The notes under the pieces are model-generated. The model ran no database searches, was not told the DNA's origin, and saw only the letters and a program-made list of their open reading frames with translations. From the NCBI GenBank assembly GCA_040904565.1, contig JBBDTI010000056.1, positions 1 to 29,653 of the forward strand: 29,653 nt of DNA. The letters run 5' to 3'. Made by a program: the position numbers and the translations under genes. This document shows positions 7,899-17,097 of the stretch, in pieces; within the stretch, counting starts at the first letter, position 1; every line of letters begins with the position of its first letter. This stretch comes from Rhodothermales bacterium. GTDB taxonomy: Bacteria > Bacteroidota > Rhodothermia > Rhodothermales > VXPQ01.

Positions 7899-9263
7899 CT
7901 ATTCAGTTCCGGCTGCGACCGTAAAGGTCGGGAGCTCCCATCCGCTGCGAGCCTCGCGGCGGAGGAACTGATTTGCATCGGAAATATTGGTAACACGCAT
8001 GTTTTCGGCATCCCAGTGCAGCTTGCGGTTGCCCGCTTTGAGCGAGACGACGCCGAGCAGCACCGTTTCGGTGAGCGGAGCAGCGAAAGAGAATGGCGAC
8101 GTTGCTTCTTCCTCGCCCCGAATGGCGCGGAGCCAGTTGTTCTCGTGGCTCTCGTTTTCAATCCGGTCGTAAAGCTTCGGGACCTCGGGAAGTTCTTCCT
8201 TGCGGCCGTTGCGCAGCAGCTGCAGTCCGTTCATGTGGAGCAAGGTACCGTTCGAGCCCACGTACATCATCCCGCCCGACTCGAGCCAATCGCCGTCGTC
8301 TAACCCATCGGGCCGCGGGGGTTTAAATCCACCGTCGTACCAGAGCATTTTCACGGGTGCACGATCTCCGCGTCGGGGAAAGTCGTAATGCGTCGTCGTC
8401 GCAACCGGGAACGAATCGCCGTTGAAGGCCGACGAGCGCGTCTCTACGGTGGTGGGCGCGTCCAGATCGAGTGCCGTTGCCACGTAGGCGAAGGAGTGCG
8501 CCGCGATGTCGCCGAGGGCACCGCATCCGAACGGTACCCATCCCCGCCAGGAGAATGGATGGAAAGCGGGGTCGTAATCCATCTCCGCTGCCGGTCCCAG
8601 AAAGAGATCCCAGTTGAGCGTGTCAGGTGTACGCTTCAGAACGGACGGCATTTCGATGCCCTGCGGCCAGATCGGCCGGTTCGTCCAGACGTGTACCTGC
8701 TGGACGTCACCGATCGTGCCTGCCTTAACCTGCTCGGCAATGTCGCGGGTGATGTCTTCCGAGCGGCCCTGATTACCCATCTGGGTTACCACGTCGTAGC
8801 GCTCCGCAGCATGGCCGAGCTGACGCGCTTCCCGGACGGACCACGTCAGCGGCTTCTGCGTGTAGACGTGAATGCCGTTCTCCATCGCTGCCAGCGTGAT
8901 CAGCGCGTGGGTGTGGTCGGGTGTGGCAATGACGACGCCGTCGATCTGATCGCTCATGTCGTCGAGCATGCGCCGATAATCCCAATACCGGGCGGCATTC
9001 GGATACGTCTCGAAGACAGGTGCGCTGAATTCCCAGTCGACGTCGCAGAGCGCAACGACGTTTACGTCGTCCATATTGCGGAGATTGACCTTTCCCATTC
9101 CTCCGACGCCGACGCAGGCTACGTTGACCGTATCGCTGGGAGCCCGGTAGCCGGGCCCGCCGAGGACGTGACGTGGAACGATCGAAGGAGCGGCCGCAAC
9201 GGCCACGCCTGCTTTACCGAGCGTTCCCAGAAATGAGCGACGGGATTGGGCTTTGTCGAACAT
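7899..9263 (-). CDS. Gfo/Idh/MocA family oxidoreductase, Tat-exported (putative glycoside 3-dehydrogenase)
   Basis: SRRSFLG Tat motif, PRHVLGG, GVGGMG, ATPDHTHA, YTQKPL, TQMGNQG, WTNRPIWPQG and WRGW..FGCGALGD. Start at ATG 9263 with upstream GAGGA (track start 9284). Confidence 0.92.
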   Translation of the reverse strand: MFDKAQSRRSFLGTLGKAGVAVAAAPSIVPRHVLGGPGYRAPSDTVNVACVGVGGMGKVNLRNMDDVNVVALCDVDWEFSAPVFETYPNAARYWDYRRMLDDMSDQIDGVVIATPDHTHALITLAAMENGIHVYTQKPLTWSVREARQLGHAAERYDVVTQMGNQGRSEDITRDIAEQVKAGTIGDVQQVHVWTNRPIWPQGIEMPSVLKRTPDTLNWDLFLGPAAEMDYDPAFHPFSWRGWVPFGCGALGDIAAHSFAYVATALDLDAPTTVETRSSAFNGDSFPVATTTHYDFPRRGDRAPVKMLWYDGGFKPPRPDGLDDGDWLESGGMMYVGSNGTLLHMNGLQLLRNGRKEELPEVPKLYDRIENESHENNWLRAIRGEEEATSPFSFAAPLTETVLLGVVSLKAGNRKLHWDAENMRVTNISDANQFLRREARSGWELPTFTVAAGTE

Positions 9264-9361
9264 ATTCGTTCCTCGCGAAACCATTATTGCGTCAACATCA
9301 AATTAAGTTACGAAAAGTAAAGGACAGCGTAGTGCATACGCGGGGGGGCGTCCCCGTTGCC

Positions 9362-10126
9362 CTAGAAGTTCGTGTCCGGCTCCGTCAAATCCAGCTCCTT
9401 GATCCAGATGTTGCGGTACCGCACGTCGTGGCCTTCGGCCTGCAGCTTGAGCCCCTGTGGTGTATCCGTAACGCCGAGACCATTATGATTGCCACCATCG
9501 ACACCGGAGTTCGGTCCACCCCATACCTTTAGGATGGGCTCGTTCTCGTGCACTTTCACGCCGTTGAAGTAGACCGTGACCAGCGCGCGTTCTACGCGCT
9601 CACCGTTCTCGAACCGCGCCGCTCGAAATACGATATCGTAGGCGTTCCATGCGCCGATGCCGTTGAAGAGCTCGTAGGGTGCCGAGGCTTCGTTGATCAC
9701 GGCAGCCATGCCGTGAGGGCCTTCCTCTCCCTCGACGACCTGGATCTCATACCGATTCTGGAGATACACGCCGCTGTTGCCGCGCTCCTCCGTGATGAGA
9801 AACTCGACGTGGAGCCTGAAATCCCGAAAAGCCTCCTTCGTCACGATGTCGGCCTGGCCGTACGTCGTGGAAGCCGGATCTTTCGTGCTCAGGGCCATCC
9901 CGTCGTCCACCGGATCGGGGAGTACGCGCCATTTGATGGGCATTTCGGCCGCGAAGCGCGGCCCTTCCCAGTACTGCCATTTGTCGTGAAGCATCTCCTC
10001 CGTACCGTCGAAAAGAACGTCCGCATCGGAAGGCGGCGCCACGCCGACGCCGACCTGAGCCGTCGCGACGGGCGTCCAGGCAAAAAGGGCGGTGAGGCAG
10101 GCAACGACGAGAAGTATATGCTTCAT
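9362..10126 (-). CDS. DUF1080 domain protein, Sec signal peptide
   Basis: Signal MKHILLVVACLTALFAWTPVATA-Q. Motifs PPSDADVLFDG, GNSGVYLQNRYEIQV, WNAYDIVFRAARF and LKLQAEGHDVRYRNIWIK. Start re-assigned to ATG 10126 (254 aa). Confidence 0.9.
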   Translation of the reverse strand: MKHILLVVACLTALFAWTPVATAQVGVGVAPPSDADVLFDGTEEMLHDKWQYWEGPRFAAEMPIKWRVLPDPVDDGMALSTKDPASTTYGQADIVTKEAFRDFRLHVEFLITEERGNSGVYLQNRYEIQVVEGEEGPHGMAAVINEASAPYELFNGIGAWNAYDIVFRAARFENGERVERALVTVYFNGVKVHENEPILKVWGGPNSGVDGGNHNGLGVTDTPQGLKLQAEGHDVRYRNIWIKELDLTEPDTNF

Positions 10127-10138
10127 GGCAGTGTCTTT

Positions 10139-10168
10139 AGTAATGTCTTCAGAAGTAATGTCTTCAGA
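10139..10168. repeat. 15-bp perfect tandem duplication (AGTAATGTCTTCAGA)x2
   Basis: Read directly. Ends 12 nt upstream of the ATG at 10126 on the minus strand. Confidence 0.9.
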
Positions 10169-10404
10169 ATGTAGGATGGACGCCGGTATGCAAGTGATGC
10201 GATTCCATACCGCAAACGTACGGCGATAAGTTCGGCGATAATATCGAGGCCGGAGGGGCCGTATGCCTACTCGTTCGCCTACGCGTTTCGCGCACTTATC
10301 GCGCGCCGCGTCGAGCAATATATACAACAGGCGGGATCCCATAGGTGAAATTGTTGAATGGAAGGGCGAAATCCAGGCGCGGCGGCATCGTGTTCGTGCC
10401 GCCG

Positions 10405-11139
10405 TCAGCTCATATACCAACCGCCGTTGACGTTGATCGTCTGGCCGGTGATATAGCCGTTCCCGGCCAGCATGAGAGCCACGTCGGAGACTTCATCCAC
10501 GTCGCCGAATCGACCGACGGGAATGAGGTCCGTGCTCGCCTTCGGGTTGCCGGTCACCATGTCCGTTAGAATGAGGGCCGGTGCGATGGCATTGACCGTG
10601 ATCCCCGTCTCGGCAAGAAGGGCGGCGTACGACCGGGTCAGCCCGAGTATGCCGGCCTTGGACGCCGAGTAATGGGGACCGACGACGCCACCCAGCTGCG
10701 CGGCGACGGAGGATAGATTGATGATGCGGCCCCATTCGAGCGTCCGCATGCCGGGCAGCGCGGCCTGCGTTACGAGGAAATACGATTTGAGGTTGATGGT
10801 CAGTACCTCGTCCCAGTCTTGTTCCGTAATCTCCTCGAGCGGTTGAGGACGCGTGATTCCGGCGTTGTTGACGAGAATGGAAATCGGGCCCAGTTCCGAT
10901 TCGACGCCGTCGACCAGTCGGTCGACGTCGTCCGCCAGAGATACGTCCGCCTGTACCGGGATCGCGCGGCGTCCCATCTGTTTAATCTCGTCGCAGATTT
11001 CTTCGGCTTCCGTCTCACTTCGAAGGTAGTTGACGGCAACGTGCGCGCCGGCGCCGGCAAGCGCGCGGGCTACGGCACGGCCAATGCCACGACTCGCGCC
11101 GGTTACGAGCGCCGTACGGTCGGTAAGTTGCGTGCTCAT
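10405..11139 (-). CDS. Classical SDR family oxidoreductase (FabG-like)
   Basis: TGASRGIG, VNNAG, NLSS, catalytic YSASK, VNAIAP and ITGQTINVNGG. Confidence 0.92.
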   Translation of the reverse strand: MSTQLTDRTALVTGASRGIGRAVARALAGAGAHVAVNYLRSETEAEEICDEIKQMGRRAIPVQADVSLADDVDRLVDGVESELGPISILVNNAGITRPQPLEEITEQDWDEVLTINLKSYFLVTQAALPGMRTLEWGRIINLSSVAAQLGGVVGPHYSASKAGILGLTRSYAALLAETGITVNAIAPALILTDMVTGNPKASTDLIPVGRFGDVDEVSDVALMLAGNGYITGQTINVNGGWYMS

Positions 11140-11178
11140 ATGAAACGGATCTGTTTTCTTCTGAAGGTGTCGAGAATC

Positions 11179-12009
11179 TTAAGCCACGAGGCCTCTGGCT
11201 AAGGAACCGTACCGGGGTATCAGCCGATCGTACGCGGCCTCGACGTCAGCCGGAACGTCCACGTGCGCGATGAAGCCGCGGCCGAGGGGTCCGTACCCGT
11301 TCGCGTCGTCTCGCAAGCGCGGAATCTCACCCAGGGTAAGCGAAAGAAACCGAGGAATCTCCCAGGGGGGAGGGCCCGCCGGTTCCGAGTAGGCGAGGCG
11401 TCCGTCTCGAACGTCGACCACCGGAACGAAAGGAGGGCAGCTGATCAGGTGAACCGACGGACGATCCGCCCAGACCCTGACGAATGCGGCGTGCGTTCGG
11501 CGCTGGAGCAGAGGATCCTGCACGATGACGATCGACCGGGGATGGATACCGCGATGGTCGAGAACGCGTCGCGACGCCTCCGCATTGGCGCCGCAGTTCG
11601 TCGATCTCGTCTCTACCATGATCGCGGCCGGATCGACGTCCATCCAGGTAGCCAGGACGCCCTTCAGGATTTCCGCCTCCGACCGATCGTCGACGTCAAT
11701 GTCACCAAATCGCTCCTCGGACCGCACGCTGGACCGCAGATCCGCTGTGGAGTGCCCGATCCCGCCGGCCACGAGCAGCGACTTCGCAGCGCCCGCGTGC
11801 CAGCCATCGGCGACCGCACGGGCGGACTGAAGAAGACTGTTTCCGGCAAGAATCATCACATCCGCGTGCTTGATGCCAAACGCAGCTTCCAGCTGTGCAG
11901 GTGTGGGCGCTGAGATGTCGCGGCGGCATAGAAAAGACGCGATCGTATTCAGGTCGCGCGCGTCCTTGACGAGCAGGCGTTCGTTCGTCCTCTGTCTGTG
12001 TGTCGACAT
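11179..12009 (-). CDS. ydcF: YdcF family protein (DUF218/ElyC/SanA superfamily)
   Basis: [37 protein letters not shown] and [26 protein letters not shown], which match YdcF-type signatures. Confidence 0.85.
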   Translation of the reverse strand: MSTHRQRTNERLLVKDARDLNTIASFLCRRDISAPTPAQLEAAFGIKHADVMILAGNSLLQSARAVADGWHAGAAKSLLVAGGIGHSTADLRSSVRSEERFGDIDVDDRSEAEILKGVLATWMDVDPAAIMVETRSTNCGANAEASRRVLDHRGIHPRSIVIVQDPLLQRRTHAAFVRVWADRPSVHLISCPPFVPVVDVRDGRLAYSEPAGPPPWEIPRFLSLTLGEIPRLRDDANGYGPLGRGFIAHVDVPADVEAAYDRLIPRYGSLARGLVA

Positions 12010-12600
12010 CGTGTGCGCGGCTACATGGCGGCGGCGGACGGATGGACGTCCGATGGCGGAAGGTCCGCCCGTTCATGGTCGGCAACGCAGACTTCTAATT
12101 CAATCAAATGCCACATCGGGCCACCGCCCAAAATCGGTTTCAGACAGGCCGTCAAGACTTGATAAAGATCGCCGGGGGCATTACCCTCTGAACACCCCTT
12201 GCGGGATGCGCGCCACTGAGCGCAGGCGCGTTCCCGGTTCCGTTGACTCGAACGCCGAGCCGGTTTTCAGCCGAGGTGCGGAAACGACATCACGCGACGC
12301 CGGGAAGCGGGACCCGTTCGCTTAATGATGGGATGCTGCGGTTTTTAAAGGCGTTCGATGCGTTGAACGGGAGGATGAGAGCCCGCAAAATAAGAAGATA
12401 GTTTGAATACGAAGAATCTCTGAAACGGCCCGTATATGGACGTTATGGATAGCTCAAGCGGGCGCGTCGACGGTGCGGGCATTATCCCCGAGGTTCGAAT
12501 CACCGTAGTTGGACGTATATTTTGCCTCGCATATGTAATACCGTTTCGTTCGACGTTCGAATCTCTGTGGACAGGCTTCATCTTTCGGTTAGGAAGTGGC

Positions 12601-12695
12601 GCCGGAGCTGGGCACTGTCGCCGGAGCTCGGCCATGCCGCCGGAATTGGACCATGCTGCGGGAGCTGGGAAATGGCACCGGGCTGGGATCTCAGC
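12601..12695. repeat. Degenerate 19-bp tandem repeat, 4-5 units, consensus approx. GCCGGAGCTGGGCCATGCC
   Basis: Units gccggagctgggcactgtc (12601), gccggagctcggccatgcc (12620), gccggaattggaccatgct (12639) and gcgggagctgggaaatggc (12658), plus degenerate accgg-gctgggatctcagc (12677). Confidence 0.8.
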
Positions 12696-12845
12696 ACGAT
12701 TTCGACGCTGTCGTCGTTGGGTTTTTCGGGCTCGGCGGTGACGGTAATGGTCCTGTATGAGTTCGATGCATGTCGTACGCTTTCCGAAAGAGAAACGGTA
12801 TCCGTGCCGGACGGGCGGCGACCAGGGTAATCTAGCCAAGACGAT

Positions 12846-12889
12846 TTGATAGTACTCACGTATCCCCTTGATAGTACTCACGTATCCCC
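12846..12889. repeat. 22-bp perfect tandem duplication (TTGATAGTACTCACGTATCCCC)x2
   Basis: Read directly. Ends 27 nt upstream of the DMT start codon. Confidence 0.95.
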
Positions 12890-12916
12890 ACACCACGAAT
12901 AACGAGGATTTCAACC

Positions 12917-13360
12917 ATGAGAATGGATCTGTTTATCGGAACGCTCCTGCTAGGGATTGTTCTTGCCGTCCACCTGGGAATGAACGGAAGGGTCGGCAGT
13001 ATTATGGATAATGCCAGGGTGGCTAACGCGCTGTTCTGGACGATCGGTGCTGTAACCGCTATCATCGTAGGCATCTCAGGTTGGGAGGCTGGAGTCCTGG
13101 ACAACATCAGGGACATTAATCCCCTGCTCTTCACGGCGGGTGCGCTGGGTGCCGTGCTCGTGTTTACCATCGCATGGATGATTCCGCGGATGGGCGCAGG
13201 TCCCGTGTTTATCCTTTTGCTGACGGGTCAGGTTTTGGGAAGTCTCGTCATGTCGCACTTTGGATGGTTGGGGTCTCCGGAAGAACCGATCAGTCTCGTT
13301 CAGATTATTGGCGCGGCGGTTATGATCGCCGGGGCCTCTATCGCTACGCTGACGGGTTGA
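12917..13360 (+). CDS. DMT superfamily small transporter (YdcZ/DUF606-like)
   Basis: 147 aa with about 5 hydrophobic helices. MNGRVG, GALGA and GQVLGSLVMSHFGWLG. GAGG upstream. Confidence 0.85.
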   Translation: MRMDLFIGTLLLGIVLAVHLGMNGRVGSIMDNARVANALFWTIGAVTAIIVGISGWEAGVLDNIRDINPLLFTAGALGAVLVFTIAWMIPRMGAGPVFILLLTGQVLGSLVMSHFGWLGSPEEPISLVQIIGAAVMIAGASIATLTG

Positions 13361-13401
13361 CCCGTCCGTGGATACAGACTCCTGAGTGACGGTGAGAACG
13401 G

Positions 13402-13426
13402 CCCCGGTCTTCGCTGAAGACCGGGG
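13402..13426 (+). terminator. Strong hairpin downstream of the DMT gene
   Basis: Perfect 11-bp stem CCCCGGTCTTC/GAAGACCGGGG with a 3-nt loop. Only a weak U-tract follows. Confidence 0.6.
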
Positions 13427-13513
13427 ATCGTTCATGTATTGACCGTAGCCGAGCGTGACCCTGTTCGATGAGCCTGTGCGTAGATCATGTCCGGTTACCA
13501 TGCGCTGCTCCGT

Positions 13514-13560
13514 TTCATCGCGTTCATCGCGCGTGTCTGACTTCATCGCGCGCGTCTGAC
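13514..13560. repeat. Tandem repeat: TTCATCGCG followed by two 19-bp units TTCATCGCGCG(T/C)GTCTGAC
   Basis: Read directly: 13514-13522, 13523-13541 and 13542-13560. Confidence 0.85.
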
Positions 13561-13812
13561 ATCCCATGCCGCACGCTCCGCGCCCGATCTCCCGGTTCGT
13601 CGATAGCGGTCTTCCTAACTGAAGCATGCACATCCGAGAAGTAAGCTAATATGTATTCTGAGCATTCGAAAGAGACGATGAACGACGATGCAGGCGATCA
13701 GAGGGTGTCGGGGTGGTCCCGTGCGTCCACGACGCCGGCCTCTGAATTGACGGCCAAGCCGTCGGTCTCCGAAGCGCCGGCCGAGACGGGAACCCTGAAA
13801 CGCATCACGGGC

Positions 13813-16800
13813 ATGCGACTGCTGACCGCGGCGGTACTGGGGCTCCTTCTGGTTGGATGCTCGGGCGTGCAGCAGGCGCGCAACGGGTCGACGTCGGATA
13901 TCGACGTACTTGTTTTCTCGAAGACGGAAGGGTTCCGGCACGATTCGATCGAGTCCGGCGTCGCCTCGGTTCATGAGTTGGGCGACGAGCAGGGCTTCAG
14001 CGTGACGTCAACGGAGAATGCATCCGAGTTCACGGCCGATAATCTTGCCCGGTACGATGTCGTTGTATTCTTGAACACGACGGGCGACGTCCTCGACGCC
14101 TCGCACGAGGCGGCCTTCGAGGGATTTATTCGCGCCGGCGGCGGATACGTTGGAGTGCACTCGGCGGCGGATACGGAGTACGACTGGGAATGGTACGGTG
14201 ACCTCGTTGGAGGCTACTTCGAAAGCCATCCCGCCACGCAGGAGGCTGACGTGGCCGTGCTCGATCCGGCGCATCCGGCTACGGCACATCTTCCCAGCAG
14301 GTGGACGCGCACCGACGAATGGTATAACTATCAGGCAAATCCGCGTGGCGAGGTTCACGTGATGGCGACCGTCGTCGAAAAGAGCTACGAAGGGGGGGAG
14401 ATGGGGCACGACCATCCCATCGTATGGGCGCACGAATATGACGGCGGCCGGGCGTTCTATACGGGCATGGGGCACACGCCCGAAAGCTACGCGGATCCGC
14501 TGTTCCAGGATCATCTTCTCGGCGGCATTCGATGGGCGGCCGGCGTAGTGGATGCCGACGTAGGCGCCACGCTGACGGGTTCCTACGAAGCGGTCGTTCT
14601 TGACGACCATACGACCTATCCCATGCAGCTGAAAGTGGCCGACGACGGCCGCGTGTTCTGGATCGAACGTACGGGTGCCGTCAAGATCTGGGATCCGACG
14701 ACCGAATCCACCATCGAATCCGCTTGGATCCCGGTTACGGATATGATAGAGGACGGGCTCCTTGGCATCGAACTGGACCCCAACTTCGCGGAGAACAATT
14801 GGATCTATCTGTATTACACGCCGATCAGCGAGGACCCCAATCGGCTGTCTCGCTTCACGATGAAGGACAACAAGGTCGACCTCGATTCGGAGGTCATCAT
14901 CCTCGAGGTGCACATGCAGCGCGAGAACTGCTGCCACAGTGCCGGCGAGCTTTTCTTCGATGAGGAAGGTGATCTGTGGCTGACGACCGGGGACAATACG
15001 GGCGGCAGCGCACCACGAACGGACGAGCGCCCGGGACGGGAGCATTACGACGCGCAGCGCACGACGGCCAACACGAACGACCTTCGCGGAAAGATCATGC
15101 AGATCACGCCGCAGCCGGATGGGTCGTATACCATCCCCGAAGACAATCTTTTCGCCGGCGACGACGATCCGCTCACGCGGCCCGAGATCTACACGATGGG
15201 CATGCGCAACCCGTGGAGGTTCTTCGTGGATCCGAAGACGGGCTGGGTGTTCTGGGGCGAGGTGGGGCCGGCGAACCAGTACCAGGAAGACGCCTTGGAC
15301 CAGGGTCAGGAGGAATTCAATCTTGCGAAGGGTCCCGGCTTTTTCGGATGGCCGTATTTCATCGGGGATAACGGCCGATATCGTGATTACGATTACGAGA
15401 CGGAGGAATATGGAGAGTGGCCCGATCCGGAAAATCCCATCAACGATTCTCCGAACAACACGGGGATACGCAAACTGCCTCCCTCGCAGCCGGCGTGGAT
15501 CTGGTACCACTACGGACCGTCCGAGCGCTTCCCCGAAATGGGCGTCGGTAGCATCTCCGCGTCAGCGGGCTTTCGGTATCATTACGATCCGGCCCAGGCC
15601 GGGCCGCACGCGCTTCCGCCGTACTACGGCGGCAAGGTGTTTCTCTTCGAGTGGGCCCGCAACTGGATTCAGGAAGTGCTGATCGACCCGGCGACGGGGG
15701 ATCCCATCGATATCGTCGAGTTTACCCCGGAGAACCCGTACACTCGTCCGGTAGACATCGAGCTCGGCCCCGATCAGACCCTCTACGTGCTCGAGTGGGG
15801 GCAGGAGTTCTGGGGCCAGAACCGGGACGCGCGGCTCTTACGGATCGACTACTACGGGCACGATCGGAGGCCTCCGGTGATCGCCGCTTCGGCGGAACCG
15901 TCGTCCGGCGGCACGCCGCTGCAAGTCACTTTCAGCGCCGAGGGATCGGAGAGCCGCAACGGCGGATCGCTGGAGTATGCATGGGACTTCGACGGAGATG
16001 GTACCATCGATGCGCGGACCCAGACGGCGTCGTACACGTACGACGCGCCGGGTGCCTATACGGCTCATCTGACCGTAACCGACGGTGAGGGCATGACGGC
16101 GGAAAAGGATGTCTCCGTTACCGCGGGCAATACGGCGCCGCAGGTATCGATCGCGTGGCCTCCCAGCGGCGGATTCGTTCCGTTCAACGAACCGGTTCCG
16201 TATCGCATCGAGGTGTCCGACGCGGAAGATGGTACGATCGTCAGCCCGGGCCCCGAGGTCACGGTGCAACCGAGTCTCTGGCACGATACGCACGTCCACC
16301 CTCTCCTCCTGCATCGCGGCATCCGGGGCACGTTTAACGTCGTGCCGGATTTTTCGCATATTCCGTATACCATCGATCACTACGTCACGCTCGAGGCGGC
16401 GTACACGGACGACGGAGCGCCGGGTGTTCCCGCGCTCACGTCGAGCGATAAGATCCGCCTCTATCCGCGCGTCGTAGAGGCCGAGAACGCTCGGCTTGTC
16501 GACGCGGCAGACCTGGTTATCACCGGGAATCGGCAGCGTCCGAACTTTGCAGATGAGACGGATATCTACATGGAGGTCGAGAACGGGGGCTACGTCGCCT
16601 TCGCCGACGTAAACCTGCACGGGATCGAGGCTCTTACGCTCGGACTGATCCCGGAGAATCGCGGCTCCGTAGAGGTGCGACTGGGCGGCGTCGACGGCCG
16701 GCTGATGGCAAACGCCACGCTCGTGCCGCCGGCCGAGGAGGACGTCATCGAAGAACGGGAAAGCGGGCCGCCGTTCATCCACTGGATGGAATACCGGCTC

Positions 16801-16950
16801 CCGATCGATCCGCCCTCCGGTACGCACGATCTATACTTCGTTTTTAGGGGCGCCGAGCGAGGCGCGGTCGCCCGATTCGACCGGGTTGCGTTCGAAGGTC
16901 CGGGCGTTCTGGCGGCACCCAGCGAGGCGGGGTTTGCCGCGGTGGACTGA
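13813..16950 (+). CDS. Lipoprotein: ThuA domain + PQQ/GSDH-type beta-propeller sugar dehydrogenase + PKD + CBM6-like domain
   Basis: Lipobox MRLLTAAVLGLLLVG-C from ATG 13813 (track start 13651). ThuA: VLVFSKTEGFRHDSI, GVHSAADT, DEWYNY, FYTGMGH. GSDH: EDGLLGIELDPNF, CCHSAG, NTNDLRGKI, EIYTMGMRNPWR. PKD: YAWDFDGDG..PGAYTAHLTVTD. CBM6-like C-terminus: GTHDLYFVF. Confidence 0.88.
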   Translation: MRLLTAAVLGLLLVGCSGVQQARNGSTSDIDVLVFSKTEGFRHDSIESGVASVHELGDEQGFSVTSTENASEFTADNLARYDVVVFLNTTGDVLDASHEAAFEGFIRAGGGYVGVHSAADTEYDWEWYGDLVGGYFESHPATQEADVAVLDPAHPATAHLPSRWTRTDEWYNYQANPRGEVHVMATVVEKSYEGGEMGHDHPIVWAHEYDGGRAFYTGMGHTPESYADPLFQDHLLGGIRWAAGVVDADVGATLTGSYEAVVLDDHTTYPMQLKVADDGRVFWIERTGAVKIWDPTTESTIESAWIPVTDMIEDGLLGIELDPNFAENNWIYLYYTPISEDPNRLSRFTMKDNKVDLDSEVIILEVHMQRENCCHSAGELFFDEEGDLWLTTGDNTGGSAPRTDERPGREHYDAQRTTANTNDLRGKIMQITPQPDGSYTIPEDNLFAGDDDPLTRPEIYTMGMRNPWRFFVDPKTGWVFWGEVGPANQYQEDALDQGQEEFNLAKGPGFFGWPYFIGDNGRYRDYDYETEEYGEWPDPENPINDSPNNTGIRKLPPSQPAWIWYHYGPSERFPEMGVGSISASAGFRYHYDPAQAGPHALPPYYGGKVFLFEWARNWIQEVLIDPATGDPIDIVEFTPENPYTRPVDIELGPDQTLYVLEWGQEFWGQNRDARLLRIDYYGHDRRPPVIAASAEPSSGGTPLQVTFSAEGSESRNGGSLEYAWDFDGDGTIDARTQTASYTYDAPGAYTAHLTVTDGEGMTAEKDVSVTAGNTAPQVSIAWPPSGGFVPFNEPVPYRIEVSDAEDGTIVSPGPEVTVQPSLWHDTHVHPLLLHRGIRGTFNVVPDFSHIPYTIDHYVTLEAAYTDDGAPGVPALTSSDKIRLYPRVVEAENARLVDAADLVITGNRQRPNFADETDIYMEVENGGYVAFADVNLHGIEALTLGLIPENRGSVEVRLGGVDGRLMANATLVPPAEEDVIEERESGPPFIHWMEYRLPIDPPSGTHDLYFVFRGAERGAVARFDRVAFEGPGVLAAPSEAGFAAVD

Positions 16951-17097
16951 CTGTGCCTGCGCGTACCGCTTCCGAGATATCGGTACGTGATGGAGGGCCC
17001 ATCTGAATCATCACGGCGCTGACGCGGCCAAGCCTCGGACCGGCCTAAACATTGCAATCCAGTAGTTCTGACATTCAAAACACACGGCTCCATACAC

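Noticed and set aside
10127-10420. 98-aa N-terminal extension of the second DUF1080 protein
   Set aside because: It overlaps the SDR 3' end and precedes a clean signal peptide at ATG 10126.
12100-12310. Riboswitch-like fragments (TTATCAAG and TGGCCCGATG on minus, SAM-I-like; GCCACTG...GGGAAG on plus, cobalamin-like; GGTAATGCC on minus, TPP-like)
   Set aside because: The other required conserved elements and spacings are missing in each case.
12443-12512. tRNA-like signals TAGCTCAAGCGG (12450) and GGTTCGAATC (12492) at near-tRNA spacing
   Set aside because: Acceptor and anticodon stems do not pair, the T-stem has two mismatches, and there is no CCA. At most a heavily decayed remnant; tRNAscan-SE or ARAGORN would settle it.
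12601-12889. Possible CRISPR array
   Set aside because: Repeats are directly tandem with no unique spacers, and there are no cas genes in the window.
12345-12914. Track ORFs in the 12.0-12.9 kb gap (e.g. 189 aa minus, 93 aa minus, 101 aa plus)
   Set aside because: No recognisable motifs, and they are mutually overlapping and cross repeats whose periods are not multiples of 3.
14929-14940. CCH motif as a possible haem c site (also near 24330)
   Set aside because: It is not CxxCH, and it lies within the GSDH propeller in both paralogs.
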